A model generated the notes under the pieces. That model saw only the letters and a list, made by a program, of their open reading frames with translations. It did not search any database and had not been told where the DNA came from. 64,000 nt of DNA from the human T2T-CHM13v2.0 reference genome, Homo sapiens: assembly GCF_009914755.1 (NCBI RefSeq), contig NC_060925.1; one strand, written 5' to 3'. Below are positions 1 through 13,450 of the stretch, piece after piece. A program made the position numbers and the translations under genes. How positions within the stretch are numbered: the first letter of the stretch is position 1; the number at the start of each line of letters is the position of its first letter.

Positions 1-937
1 CATCAGCTAGCTGCCAAGAGCTGAGCCACAGGGCTAACGCCAAAGTCCAAAGCCTGGTGTGTGTTCTTGGTATCAGACCCTCAGGGTGCAGCTGAGTGTG
101 AGGTGCTCCTGGACCTAGGGGTCTGGGGTGGGCTCTGGCCTGAGACTCCCCAGGCTGTCTTGCCCTCCCCTGCCACCCAATCAACAGGTATTTATCTGAC
201 ACCTACTTAAAGTTTGGCCCAGGTTTCAGCCAAGCGGGGTGCCAAAAAGCTTAGGCACCAAACTAATGTCTGCCTCCATCCAGAGAGCATCTCACTGGGG
301 AGATGGGATTAACATGTGAAACAATCATTAAACAATAAAAGGCAGCATATAATTAGATGCCAGCTGTAGCCACACAGGCTCTGAAATCACCTCTATAGGC
401 TCTTGCAGTATGGATTTAACATTAGCCAGCAGCTGCAGAGATCTGTGACGATGGTAATTTGTACTTTTGCTGCAATGGGAATCTGAGGCTTTGAGGCCAT
501 GGGGCTGGTGTTTGGGAGCGAGTCACAGAACCAGGGAGTGAGCCTAGCTGTCTACCTCCATCCCTACCCCAGCCAGCTTTGTTGCCTCCTCATTGCAGAA
601 TGGAGTAAAGTGAGCAAAATCCAAGGAAGTGCCCAAGCCTTTGTCTTCTTGTGAAAAGTGTCCATGAAATGAGAGTGAAGTTACAAAGGCCCATTAACTG
701 GTGGTGTGAGGAAATACACAGGAAACATAGGAAGTATGATTCAGGAGAAAGAGAGACCAGGACAAAACTGTGATTACCTTTCTCCATGTGGGAATCAAAA
801 TGCCAGGGATCTGGTACATTAAGAGAGCAGAGGATGGAGAGATGGCTATAGACTGGAGAAATTGCATTGGGAAACTACATAGAGAAGGTGGAACTAGGGC
901 TAATAGTGTTCTAGGCAGGAGACTCTGCACAAACAAC

Positions 938-1440
<503 letters not shown>

Positions 1441-2118
1441 TGCAGAGAAAGGAATTAACAAACTCTATGGGCATGTGGCCAATCAGAAGAAGGACTCAAG
1501 GAAAATGAAAACTGAAATTGGCTCAGAGGGGTAGAACTTTGCTTTCCTGGGATGATAGTCACCATACATGCCTTTGAATGGGTTTGGTGATTTTCAGAAC
1601 ACTTTTGTACCCATTATCTCATTTGATTTTTACCTTCACATCAATCCTGTGAGACAATAAGGGATTTTTATCCCAAATGTATAGATGAAGAAACTGAGGC
1701 TTAGAGATTATCTGACTTTCTCAAGATCATGTAGTTAGTCATGGGAGTCAGAAGCCCAACACACACTTGTGTTCATCCTGCAGGTACTTAACCCCTACTA
1801 TGTGTCAAGCTGGCACTGGGATCTGGGACACCATAGAGGACAAGACAGGCGTGGGTGCTTCTCTCACAGAACTCAGTCTAAATGGAAATCCAAGGCTCAC
1901 TGCACTGTAATTCCTAGAAGAAATTAAGACCTTTTTTGTCCACTGTAGGCAATAGGGGATCATTGAAGGTTCTTGAGCAAGTATTTCCTATTTGCCTCAT
2001 GCTCAGAGCCACCAGGCACAGAGAACAAATTGAAGTATGATGTAAGTCATTAAAGAGCTTTAGTCTAGTTGGGAAGAAGACCTGAGATGGATGAGTCTAC
2101 TTGGAGGTTAATGTAAGC

Positions 2119-2408
2119 AGCCAGGCGCGGTGGGTCACACCTGTAATCCTGGCACTTTGTGAGGCTGAAGTGAGAGTATTGCTTGAGGCCAGGAGTTTGA
2201 GACCAGCCTGGGCAACATAGCAAGGCACCTCATTTCTACAAAAAAATAAAAAAAAATTAGCCAGGAGTGTGGCACATGCTTATAGTCCCAGCTAATGGGA
2301 GGCTGAGGCAGGAGGATTGCTTGAGCCTAGGAGGTCGAGGCTGCAGTGAGTTGTGATTGCACCAGTGCACTCTCGACTGGGTGACAGAGGGAGACATCTC
2401 AAAAAAAA

Positions 2409-2410
<2 letters not shown>
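2119..2410 (+). mobile_element. Alu (AluJ-like)
   Basis: Alu consensus with A tail. Confidence 0.9.

Positions 2411-2440
<30 letters not shown>
2411..2440. repeat. (GT)15 microsatellite at Alu tail
   Basis: Directly visible. Confidence 0.95.
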
Positions 2441-2442
<2 letters not shown>

Positions 2443-3799
2443 GTAGATGCTTACTTAAGTGCCAGATAGTATAGTGTTGCCTTTAGATGTAGGTTAGCTT
2501 TAACCTTCCTGTGGCTCACTTTCCTTGACTGTAAAATGAGCATCATAATAGTATTTTTTGTGACACATTTGCTGTGATGATGAAATGAGCTAATACATGC
2601 TAAGTGAGTAGAATAGTGCACGGTACATATTAGCTGTAGTGAATCATCGTCATCATTCAGGGCTGGAGTGATCAGGAAGAGCTTGACAAATAAAGTGACT
2701 TCTGATGGGCAAACAGGTGTGAGATGATTCAAATCGTGGGCCAGAAGGAGGAAAGACTGACAAATTTAAAAAGAGTGAGAGTGAATTTTTTAGCAAAAAT
2801 TAGGTTTGTGATTTTGGTCAAGAAAAAGTAGGCACGGATGTATATAATAGCTGCAGTACTGCCGGTGGGACACACGTCCTCCTCAGCCCACCCTCATCCT
2901 GGGGACCCCCTCTCATTGCCACAGCATTCCTGGGTGCCCTGGGCCCACCTGGGAATACCAGAAGCCACGTGACTCACTCAGAGCCTCTCCTTAGGGCATT
3001 AGGTCACTCTCCAGTCACCAAAATTAAGATTACATATGTCATTGATTAGAGTGCAGAAGTAGGGTTTTGTTGCTGTTGCTTTAGTGATAAAATAAAGAAA
3101 AACAGCTTAGGGCAAATCTGCCCTGAGTTAGGCCCCAGACGAAAGGGGTATGGTCCTCCTTATTTTGTTAAGAATATTTAAATGGAAGCATTAGAGAATC
3201 ACTCAGGGTCGGGGTGTCGCTGTGAACCCCTAGCACCCAGCCTCTTTACATGGCTGTTCCCCAATCACCTCCAGAGCTAAAAGAAGACATTGCCCTTTTC
3301 CACCGCATAGGACATGTGAGCACAAACCTGTTTTTCACCAGTGCCCTGGACATGCCAAGTGCATTGGGAACAGCTCAGCCATCTGCCACCAATGCCAGGG
3401 GCTTAATCGGAATAGATGAATTCCATGCCAGATGCACTGAGATGTGTGAGCCCCCAGGAGAGACACCTCACATGCCAATGTCTATATTTGTTAAATCATA
3501 ACAGAGTTCCCTATTCTGTCTCTATCTTGGGCCACCCCAAGAGGCAAAACTGTCTGCTTGGTTTCTCGCTTTGTACCCGTGGACAGATCCTTAAGAATCT
3601 GGCAGGTGAATAGGAATCAGAGTCTTTGTCTTATCCTCTGAAGATTGCTATAGTATCGATCTCGCTCTCATGGCAGATAGTGCCTGTTAGGTAAACCTTT
3701 GGGGTGTTTGTGTGTTTCTTGGCACCAAGTGTTAATTCAGCAGCTGGATGAAGACCCTTGAGGTCTGGAATTGTTGTGAGGGGTCTGTCTATTTCAGTT

Positions 3800-3972
3800 C
3801 TTTTCGAATGTTGCTGCGAATTAAAATCAACTAGGAGATTTTTAAAATTCCCATGCCCAGACTGCACCCCAGACCAATTAAATCAGAATCTCCAGGGATG
3901 AAGCCCAGGCAGCTAAGTTTCTAAAGATCCCCCAGATGATTGCACTGTGCAGACAAGTTTAAGAACCACTGG
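3800..3972. mobile_element. MER5-like DNA transposon
   Basis: ccccagaccaattaaatcagaatc...gtttaagaaccactg. Confidence 0.7.
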
Positions 3973-5493
3973 TCTGGATTATACGCCATCTCTTGGGTGG
4001 AAAAAGGATCCGTGAGCCCTCGTGGCTGTGGCTGGCTGGCCTAATTCAGGAGGTGATTCATTTGGTCCATGGGTCACATCTTGTCTGCCAGATATTTTTG
4101 TGGGCAGCAGCCATCCCAGACCTGGGTGCTGGCATTCCATGGCTGTGACATTCGTAGTGTTGGCTACACACGGGGCTCCTGGCACTCCCAGACAGGGCTT
4201 CCCATCACCAGCCAGAGGGCCAGGCCTCAGAATGGTGAGGTCAGGGCTGCTGTCTTTTGAGTCAGCCCTGGAAGGCAGAGGTGCCTGTGGCCACTTGCGT
4301 CACTTCCCCGCGTTTGTGGTGGGAAGGGGACAGATAGATGGGTCTATCTGCTGAAGAAAGGGGAACAGGAAGAAGAAACCCTAGGCTAAGGCAGCTTTGC
4401 TTCTCACTGTATTCAAAATCAAGCCTTTGAAAGCCACAGCACAGCTGCCTTTTCTTACGGGGAAATGGCTCTAGCTTGATTGGAAACTATGAGAGGAGAT
4501 CTTTCCGAAGCTTCTAGAATTTTCTTTCCATTACTTATTTTTTATAGACAAGTATGAGAAAGCTATTACCTCCTGAGGAGCAATAGCCTACATGCGTCAG
4601 AGACAGAGTGAGTGTATAATAGTAACCAGACAACGGGGTCTTTCTAATTAGAAGCTCCCAGCGGGAAGGTATAGGGGTAGGGCCAGGGTCAGGCACATCT
4701 GGTCCCATAGACATGTGCTCAGCTGGCAAGGACTGAGGATGGGGAGCTCTGGGAGCTACCCAAGGGAAGGGATGAGGAAAATGAGAGGCTTCACTGTGAG
4801 AGTCCCCGGGTTAATGGACTGACAGTGAATGAAGAGAGTCTGTGAGGCTCACACTACTTGCTACTCACCTCCGGCAAGTGGGAGATGGCCAGAGCTGCTT
4901 GCCCTTGGGTGGTCTGCAACAGAATCAAGGTTCAGTTCCAGAGACCTGGGAAGGCACACAGGAGAAGGCTGGGCCCTGCATCCTGGTGGCTGCATCTCAC
5001 TTGAGTTAGAAGTCCTTCCTTCCCACCTTCACAGGTGACATGGTGCCTCTGGGGCCTGACCCGCTGCTTAGACTCATCTTAGATGAACATTTCACAGATC
5101 AGGTAACTTACAGGCTTTGGTTTAAGAGCTGCTCATCCCAGCCCCGCAGCACAGAGTTTCAGTGATCATTATGGGTGTGGCAGGCCGGCCCCTTCAGCAA
5201 AAGATGCCGTCCCATGGTGGCTACATGGTGAATTGAGAAGAGCATGGGCCTTAGATGGATTTGATTCCAGTTCCTACTTAGCTTCTTACTAGCAGGGGAC
5301 CACAGGCATGTTTCTTAAACTCAGCCTCAGTTTTGTTATCTGTGAAATAAGAATGACATACATAGTATGTAAGAGAAGGTATGTGAAAGTACCCAGCACA
5401 GGCTGTTATTAATAGGTCAGGACCCCTTGGGGAGAGTACAGCGGGAGCAGACAGGCCAGGGAACGATGCCACGATGGAAAGAGGATGTCAGAA

Positions 5494-5867
<374 letters not shown>

Positions 5868-7443
5868 TCAGCTGTGCTGAGGGGTTGGAGGTGGGAGGCT
5901 GGAGCCACGCCAGCTCCTCTTGGCAGCCAGAGCCTGACATTGCATCGGTTCTGTGGGATTGGAAAGTGGAAGGAAGTGATGGCAGGTTGTTCAGGGTGGC
6001 GTGTCTCCCACATGGCTTGCTGAAGGGAGGAAGGTAGGGCAAAGCTCTGTCACGGAGGGGGGGCCCTGTTGTGTTCCGCGGGGTGGTGGTGTGACGTCGC
6101 GGCAGCTGTGAAATTCCCCAGCCAAACCCAGACACCCACAGGACAGTGTCAGATGGTGTCAGAGTCATCCCTCACTGGGCCTCAGTTTCCTCATTTACCA
6201 AAGGAGAATCCTGATCCACCCCAAGTCTGCTACACTTGAACGTCAGGCAAATTCTGGGTGGGTTCTGACCAACCAGTTCCCACACTCCCAGCCACTCAGG
6301 GACAGTGTGAAGATAAAACCGGGAGGTGGGTAACAGTGAACTTGAGAGAGAGCCAGAGAACTGACTGAGGGACAGTGGCTTCGACCCCAGAATTCACCCC
6401 TGTATTGTCTCTACAAGGTGAGGGCCATTGACCTCAATCTCCTCAATTTCATTGTTCACTTATCCTTCCCAGGGGGTGGGAGGAGGAGGGCATCTGGGAA
6501 CATATGAGAAGAATGAACACATGGTCTCACAGGAGGAACACAATGGGACAGACCTGGAATTTCTGTTTCATTCTGTACATACTGACTGTAGGGTGTGAGG
6601 CAGGTTGCTAAACTTCTCTTAGTCTCAATAGTCTCACCTGTAAGATGGGGTAATAAACTATCTTACAGACTTCTGGTTTGTGAGAATCATATGAGATAAT
6701 GTATGCCAAGTACTTGGCACAGAAGAAGTGCTAAGTAAATTCTAGGTGTCCCTGTGCCCAGTAGCGGTTTATCTCCTCTTTTATGGTAGAGGGGGCTACA
6801 GCCCTTCATCCCTGCCAGTTCACTCGTTCATTTGACAAATAGATATTTACTTCTTGCTATGTGAAAAGCACTGTGGCAAGTGATGTGGGGCCTGGACTGG
6901 TCTCTATGTGTCCTTGGTCCTTGGGATCTAAGAGAATTCTTGTCTTCCCGATCAGTAGTATATACTGGCACCATGGGTAGACGCCTGTCCCTCCAGCTGT
7001 GTTGTTACTTCCTTGAGGAGACAGACCATGGCTTGTATTTCTTTGCATCTCCCATAGCATCAAAGAAGCATCTTTTCCATAGCAGCTTTCCATAAGCAAA
7101 TGCGGCTCTGCTCATTCACCAGATTCATAGTCAGTGCCTGAGTGCCAGACGCTTTCACACTAATCTCAAGACAAGCCTGTGCAGTAGGTATTGTTCCCAT
7201 TTCACAGATGAGGAGACTGAGGCTTAGAGAAATCTGAGTTACTTCTCCAGGAGGGCTGGCTAGACACTGGCACAGCTGCAATTTGACCTCTCATTGTCTC
7301 ACTCCGAGTCCGTGCAGTTAGTTCCACTCTGCAGGGCTGGATGCTCACTTCTTGGTTAGAGAGGCTTTGGGGAGGGCGTGGTTGTTCCCTTTCTCACCCT
7401 GAGAACTACTACACATCCACCTCCACTTCTGTGTCTCTTCCAG

Positions 7444-7554
7444 AATGTCTGTAAACCTGTGGAGGAGACACAGCGCCCGCCCACACTGCAGGAGATCAAG
7501 CAGAAGATCGACAGCTACAACACGCGAGAGAAGAACTGCCTGGGCATGAAACTG
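7444..7554 (+). CDS. RASSF5: RASSF5 (NORE1/RAPL) coding exon, 111 nt (exon 3 of NORE1A)
   Basis: ttccag| acceptor, |gtaagc donor; encodes NVCKPVEETQRPPTLQEIKQKIDSYNTREKNCLGMKL. Confidence 0.97.
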
Positions 7555-8561
7555 GTAAGCGCCCGTCCACCCTCAACCTGGCCCCTGCTCCACCACCCGC
7601 TTCGGGTTTGGCGCCTCTGCCCTCACTCTGAATTCTGTGGCTACTCCCTGGCAGGTCCCCTCCCTTTCCTCCGGCCTCCAGAGGCCTCCGGGGTCTGGAA
7701 GGCTGATAGCCAGAGCCCTCAGTGGCCTCCATGTGCTTTAGGGAAATAGATCTGACTCTCATTTTTTGCTTGTGATTTTGGGAAGCTCTTTTAACTCCTC
7801 CTCTGAGCTTCAGTGTAAACTAAGTGATTAAACGGTACGTAATGACCAAGGGCCCAGTATTGCTTGGCCTCCAGGGAGCCAGGACAATGGGACTTAGTTG
7901 CTCCCCTTCCTACCCCTTCGATTGTGAGAGAGGGACATACTCTCTCAGAGAGGGGAGGGCACCCAACTTAGCACCCAGTTGGGAAAGGCTGTCTTCAATA
8001 GGGAGGGGAGAAGGTAGAAAAACACTGCCCCCTGCTGGTGGCTGGCATCAGCTGGCTCTTTGGGGTTCAGCCAGATGGAGCACCAGAAAATCCAGTCACA
8101 AATGCACCTAGGTTTAAGTCTTAAAGGCTGTTTCTTAGTAAAGAGATACAGGAGGAAATCTAGTGGGCTGGTTCTCCAAGGCCCTCATTATAGAGCCTTC
8201 CTGCTTCCTGCCTGGTTCAGAGGTACAAACTAGAGTGGCTACCCCACACCCTGCCTCTTACAATGGGCACTCACCAAAGGCAACTGGTTACAGGAGGTTT
8301 AGGGAGCTGGCCTGAGCCTCCTGGGAGGGAAATCCACTGCAGCCCCACAGGTCCTCTTTGGTAGCTGGATCCTGAGGGTCTTCTCCCAGCCCACTATGGG
8401 GAAAGGGATCTCTGCTCCTTCCTCCAGCTCTCCCACGTCAGCAGAGGCAGGAAAGAACTCAAGGAGACAGGTGGGTGCTGCTGGGGCAATGGCCCCGAGT
8501 GGCAGATATGATCATGCAAGGCGGACGGCCCTGACCCCCTGTGACATGCCCCCGCTGGCAG

Positions 8562-8859
8562 AGTGAAGACGGCACCTACACGGGTTTCATCAAAGTGCAT
8601 CTGAAACTCCGGCGGCCTGTGACGGTGCCTGCTGGGATCCGGCCCCAGTCCATCTATGATGCCATCAAGGAGGTGAACCTGGCGGCTACCACGGACAAGC
8701 GGACATCCTTCTACCTGCCCCTAGATGCCATCAAGCAGCTGCACATCAGCAGCACCACCACCGTCAGTGAGGTCATCCAGGGGCTGCTCAAGAAGTTCAT
8801 GGTTGTGGACAATCCCCAGAAGTTTGCACTTTTTAAGCGGATACACAAGGACGGACAAG
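8562..8859 (+). CDS. RASSF5: RASSF5 coding exon, 298 nt, Ras-association domain
   Basis: ggcag| acceptor, |gtagga donor; SEDGTYTGFIKVHLKLRRPV...FALFKRIHKDGQ. Confidence 0.97.
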
Positions 8860-9354
8860 GTAGGAGAAAGAGTGAACCCAACCAGACCGTTCCCTTCCTA
8901 CCTGTGTCCAAGCCCACCCACTAAAACTCCTGCCGGCCTTGGGTGGGAGCTGTGGGCTTCTCCTGAGCACCAGGGGTCCAGCTGCCCATGTGGTGTTCAG
9001 ATCTGTGGAATCCGGGCAGGGAGGCAAGAGCAGAGTCCCTGACTCTGCATGTGACTTCAGGAAAACCACACCCTAGGCTCCCATTTCCTGATCTGTGCAA
9101 TGGGAGGAATCTGCCCCACCATTCCTAATCTTTCAGGAGATGATGTGAATGGAATCATGCTTTAAACTCTGAGCAGACACCCAAGATAAAAGGTTATTGC
9201 CCTGTTCATTACTGTCATGTTCATTTCATTAAAAGGCCCGTGTCTACTTCCAGTTGTACGTACCCCACCTCTGCATTTCCAATCCTTTCCCGCAAGCCTG
9301 GGCCCCGCCCTTCTTTTCTGGGAAGAGCTCCCAGCACCCTCTCTTGGTTTGCAG

Positions 9355-9470
9355 TGCTCTTCCAGAAACTCTCCATTGCTGACCGCCCCCTCTACCTGCG
9401 CCTGCTTGCTGGGCCTGACACGGAGGTCCTCAGCTTTGTGCTAAAGGAGAATGAAACTGGAGAGGTAGAG
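9355..9470 (+). CDS. RASSF5: RASSF5 coding exon, 116 nt, end of RA domain
   Basis: ttgcag| acceptor, |gtaggt donor; (V)LFQKLSIADRPLYLRLLAGPDTEVLSFVLKENETGEVE; phase matches previous exon. Confidence 0.96.
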
Positions 9471-11000
9471 GTAGGTCTGGACCCATTGTGCAAACCCAGG
9501 CCTTAGGGCACCCTGGGTGGGTGCAGGTGGGTGTTGTCCTAACTACCTCACATAGGTGGGAGCCACGCAGCACGGGCAGGAAGGTGACTGTTGAGAGAGT
9601 GAGCAGGGGTGGGTGATGGGCCTGGGGGTCAGTGTTTCAGCCAGGACTCTGAACACCCTGGGGTAGCACATTAGGGCCTGTGTGTGGCAAGGCCTGTGGA
9701 AAGAAAGGATTTCATGTGCTTTATTTCTGAAAACTCAGGGAGGAGGGGGACCAAGAAACTCCCTGTGCTCAGGCACAGGCTGTTTTTGCTTCAAAATGGC
9801 CCGAGGGCTACCAAGCTCCATCTCTGGGCTCCACTGGGTATAGACGTTTTTGAGCCATTTGTCCTCCCTTTTCTTGACCTCCATCCCCCAAGGGGAGCTA
9901 ACCAGTGTGTAGTCTTGTGGCATAAACTGGAGTAAAACCAGGCCGGTGCCACCCATGGCCTGAGAATGACCAACAGGGGAAGGTCTCAGTGTTTGTCACA
10001 CTGTGTTCAGTGGAGGCCTAGAGTTTTAAGGAGTTTTGGGAGTCACTGCGGAGATTTAGGGATCAAGGCAGCTGGGACTCTGTCCCTTCTCCCCATTTCA
10101 GCAAGGGCCGCTCTGCTCCCATCTGCTTTCTTTATTGGCATCTGTGCAGAATATGTTTGGAAAAAGTACTCCATGGACAGTAGCTGAATGCTGCTGGCCC
10201 TGTGGAAAGCTCAGGCACTTTGAAGTGTGGAGACCTGGGCTCTAGTTCCAGTTCTGCTGCAATGAGCTCTGTGATTGTGATTACGCCACCTTCCCTGTGT
10301 GGACTTGAGGTTTCTCACTTATCCATAGCGAGGACCAAACCAGATAAACCTTAGTACTCTATTGTGCTCAAAGAGCTTAGGAGTCTCAATTGTTGGCCGC
10401 ACAGGGCTTGTGCTCTTGGGTCAGCCTGATGGAAGTCCAAATTGCCTTCTGCCATCAGAGGCCAAGTCCTTTAGGGGTAGGCCTGGGCCAGTCAGGCTCT
10501 CATTATCTGCTCTGCCAGTCATGGGAGGTAGATACCCCAATTTCCCAGCAGATAACAGGCTGAGAAGGGTGGAAAGCTGTGCTCGAGGTCACACTGCTGG
10601 GAGAGGTGGAGTCAGGCCCAACCCCGGTCTCCTGAGTCCACGTTCCACTCCTCCACCTGCTTTCTGAGGGTCTGCATGTTGGGAGGCTGGGTGGTTCCAG
10701 CATCACTGTCAAGATCTCGGCTGCTACACAGAAACTTAAGATTATTGAGTTTCAAAATAAAAACATGGTTCATAGACTGGCAACTCTTGGTCATGAGATG
10801 CCAGCATTTGGAATTTTGTTGCTGCTATGACAGGCATGCAAAGCCCAGGCTTCGCTGATTCAGTCTGTTCAGTAGCAAACTGTGTGTGAATCACGGATGT
10901 GAACTGGGAAGGGGAAGGCAGCAGGGTCTCTCAGGTCGTGTCAACTTCTAACCTGTCTCCTATTCTGTTTCTTCCCACAAATCTCCCTCTCGCCTCACAG

Positions 11001-11153
11001 TGGGATGCCTTCTCCATCCCTGAACTTCAGAACTTCCTAACAATCCTGGAAAAAGAGGAGCAGGACAAAATCCAACAAGTGCAAAAGAAGTATGACAAGT
11101 TTAGGCAGAAACTGGAGGAGGCCTTAAGAGAATCCCAGGGCAAACCTGGGTAA
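11001..11153 (+). CDS. RASSF5: RASSF5 last coding exon, SARAH domain, stop TAA
   Basis: ctcacag| acceptor; WDAFSIPELQNFLTILEKEEQDKIQQVQKKYDKFRQKLEEALRESQGKPG*. Confidence 0.97.
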   Translation, partial: WDAFSIPELQNFLTILEKEEQDKIQQVQKKYDKFRQKLEEALRESQGKPG

Positions 11154-13450
11154 CCGGTCCTGCTTCCTCTCCTCCTGGTGCATTCAGATTTATTTGTATT
11201 ATTAATTATTATTTTGCAACAGACACTTTTTCTCAGGACATCTCTGGCAGGTGCATTTGTGCCTGCCCAGCAGTTCCAGCTGTGGCAAAAGTCTCTTCCA
11301 TGGACAAGTGTTTGCACGAGGGTTCAGCTGTGCCCGCCCCCAGGCTGTGCCCCACCACAGATTCTGCCAAGGATCAGAACTCATGTGAAACAAACAGCTG
11401 ACGTCCTCTCTCGATCTGCAAGCCTTTCACCAACCAAATAGTTGCCTCTCTCGTCACCAAACTGGAACCTCACACCAGCCGGCAAAGGAAGGAAGAAAGG
11501 TTTTAGAGCTGTGTGTTCTTTCTCTGGCATTGATTCCTCTTTGAGTTCTCTTACTTGCCACGTACAGGACCATTATTTATGAGTGAAAAGTTGTAGCACA
11601 TTCCTTTTGCAGGTCTGAGCTAAGCCCCTGAAAGCAGGGTAATGCTCATAAAAGGACTGTTCCCGCGGCCCCAAGGTGCCTGTTGTTCACACTTAAGGGA
11701 AGTTTATAAAGCTACTGGCCCCAGATGCTCAGGGTAAGGAGCACCAAAGCTGAGGCTGGCTCAGAGATCTCCAGAGAAGCTGCAGCCTGCCCTGGCCCTG
11801 GCTCTGGCCCTGGCCCACATTGCACATGGAAACCCAAAGGCATATATCTGCGTATGTGTGGTACTTAGTCACATCTTTGTCAACAAACTGTTCGTTTTTA
11901 AGTTACAAATTTGAATTTAATGTTGTCATCATCGTCATGTGTTTCCCCAAAGGGAAGCCAGTCATTGACCATTTAAAAAGTCTCCTGCTAAGTATGGAAA
12001 TCAGACAGTAAGAGAAAGCCAAAAAGCAATGCAGAGAAAGGTGTCCAAGCTGTCTTCAGCCTTCCCCAGCTAAAGAGCAGAGGAGGGCCTGGGCTACTTG
12101 GGTTCCCCATCGGCCTCCAGCACTGCCTCCCTCCTCCCACTGCGACTCTGGGATCTCCAGGTGCTGCCCAAGGAGTTGCCTTGATTACAGAGAGGGGAGC
12201 CTCCAATTCGGCCAACTTGGAGTCCTTTCTGTTTTGAAGCATGGGCCAGACCCGGCACTGCGCTCGGAGAGCCGGTGGGCCTGGCCTCCCCGTCGACCTC
12301 AGTGCCTTTTTGTTTTCAGAGAGAAATAGGAGTAGGGCGAGTTTGCCTGAAGCTCTGCTGCTGGCTTCTCCTGCCAGGAAGTGAACAATGGCGGCGGTGT
12401 GGGAGACAAGGCCAGGAGAGCCCGCGTTCAGTATGGGTTGAGGGTCACAGACCTCCCTCCCATCTGGGTGCCTGAGTTTTGACTCCAATCAGTGATACCA
12501 GACCACATTGACAGGGAGGATCAAATTCCTGACTTACATTTGCACTGGCTTCTTGTTTAGGCTGAATCCTAAAATAAATTAGTCAAAAAATTCCAACAAG
12601 TAGCCAGGACTGCAGAGACACTCCAGTGCAGAGGGAGAAGGACTTGTAATTTTCAAAGCAGGGCTGGTTTTCCAACCCAGCCTCTGAGAAACCATTTCTT
12701 TGCTATCCTCTGCCTTCCCAAGTCCCTCTTGGGTCGGTTCAAGCCCAAGCTTGTTCGTGTAGCTTCAGAAGTTCCCTCTCTGACCCAGGCTGAGTCCATA
12801 CTGCCCCTGATCCCAGAAGGAATGCTGACCCCTCGTCGTATGAACTGTGCATAGTCTCCAGAGCTTCAAAGGCAACACAAGCTCGCAACTCTAAGATTTT
12901 TTTAAACCACAAAAACCCTGGTTAGCCATCTCATGCTCAGCCTTATCACTTCCCTCCCTTTAGAAACTCTCTCCCTGCTGTATATTAAAGGGAGCAGGTG
13001 GAGAGTCATTTTCCTTCGTCCTGCATGTCTCTAACATTAATAGAAGGCATGGCTCCTGCTGCAACCGCTGTGAATGCTGCTGAGAACCTCCCTCTATGGG
13101 GATGGCTATTTTATTTTTGAGAAGGAAAAAAAAAGTCATGTATATATACACATAAAGGCATATAGCTATATATAAAGAGATAAGGGTGTTTATGAAATGA
13201 GAAAATTATTGGACAATTCAGACTTTACTAAAGCACAGTTAGACCCAAGGCCTATGCTGAGGTCTAAACCTCTGAAAAAAGTATAGTATCGAGTACCCGT
13301 TCCCTCCCAGAGGTGGGAGTAACTGCTGGTAGTGCCTTCTTTGGTTGTGTTGCTCAGTGTGTAAGTGTTTGTTTCCAGGATATTTTCTTTTTAAATGTCT
13401 TTCTTATATGGGTTTTAAAAAAAAGTAATAAAAGCCTGTTGCAAAAATGA
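11154..13450 (+). other. RASSF5: RASSF5 3'UTR (~2.3 kb)
   Basis: Largely repeat-free sequence from stop codon to AATAAA at 13427; 3' end approximate. Confidence 0.85.
13427..13432 (+). terminator. RASSF5 polyadenylation signal AATAAA
   Basis: Canonical hexamer preceded by U-rich sequence. Confidence 0.8.

Noticed and set aside
3250-3501. 83-aa ATG ORF in a RASSF5 intron
   Set aside because: No recognisable homology, splice context or retrocopy hallmarks; length compatible with chance
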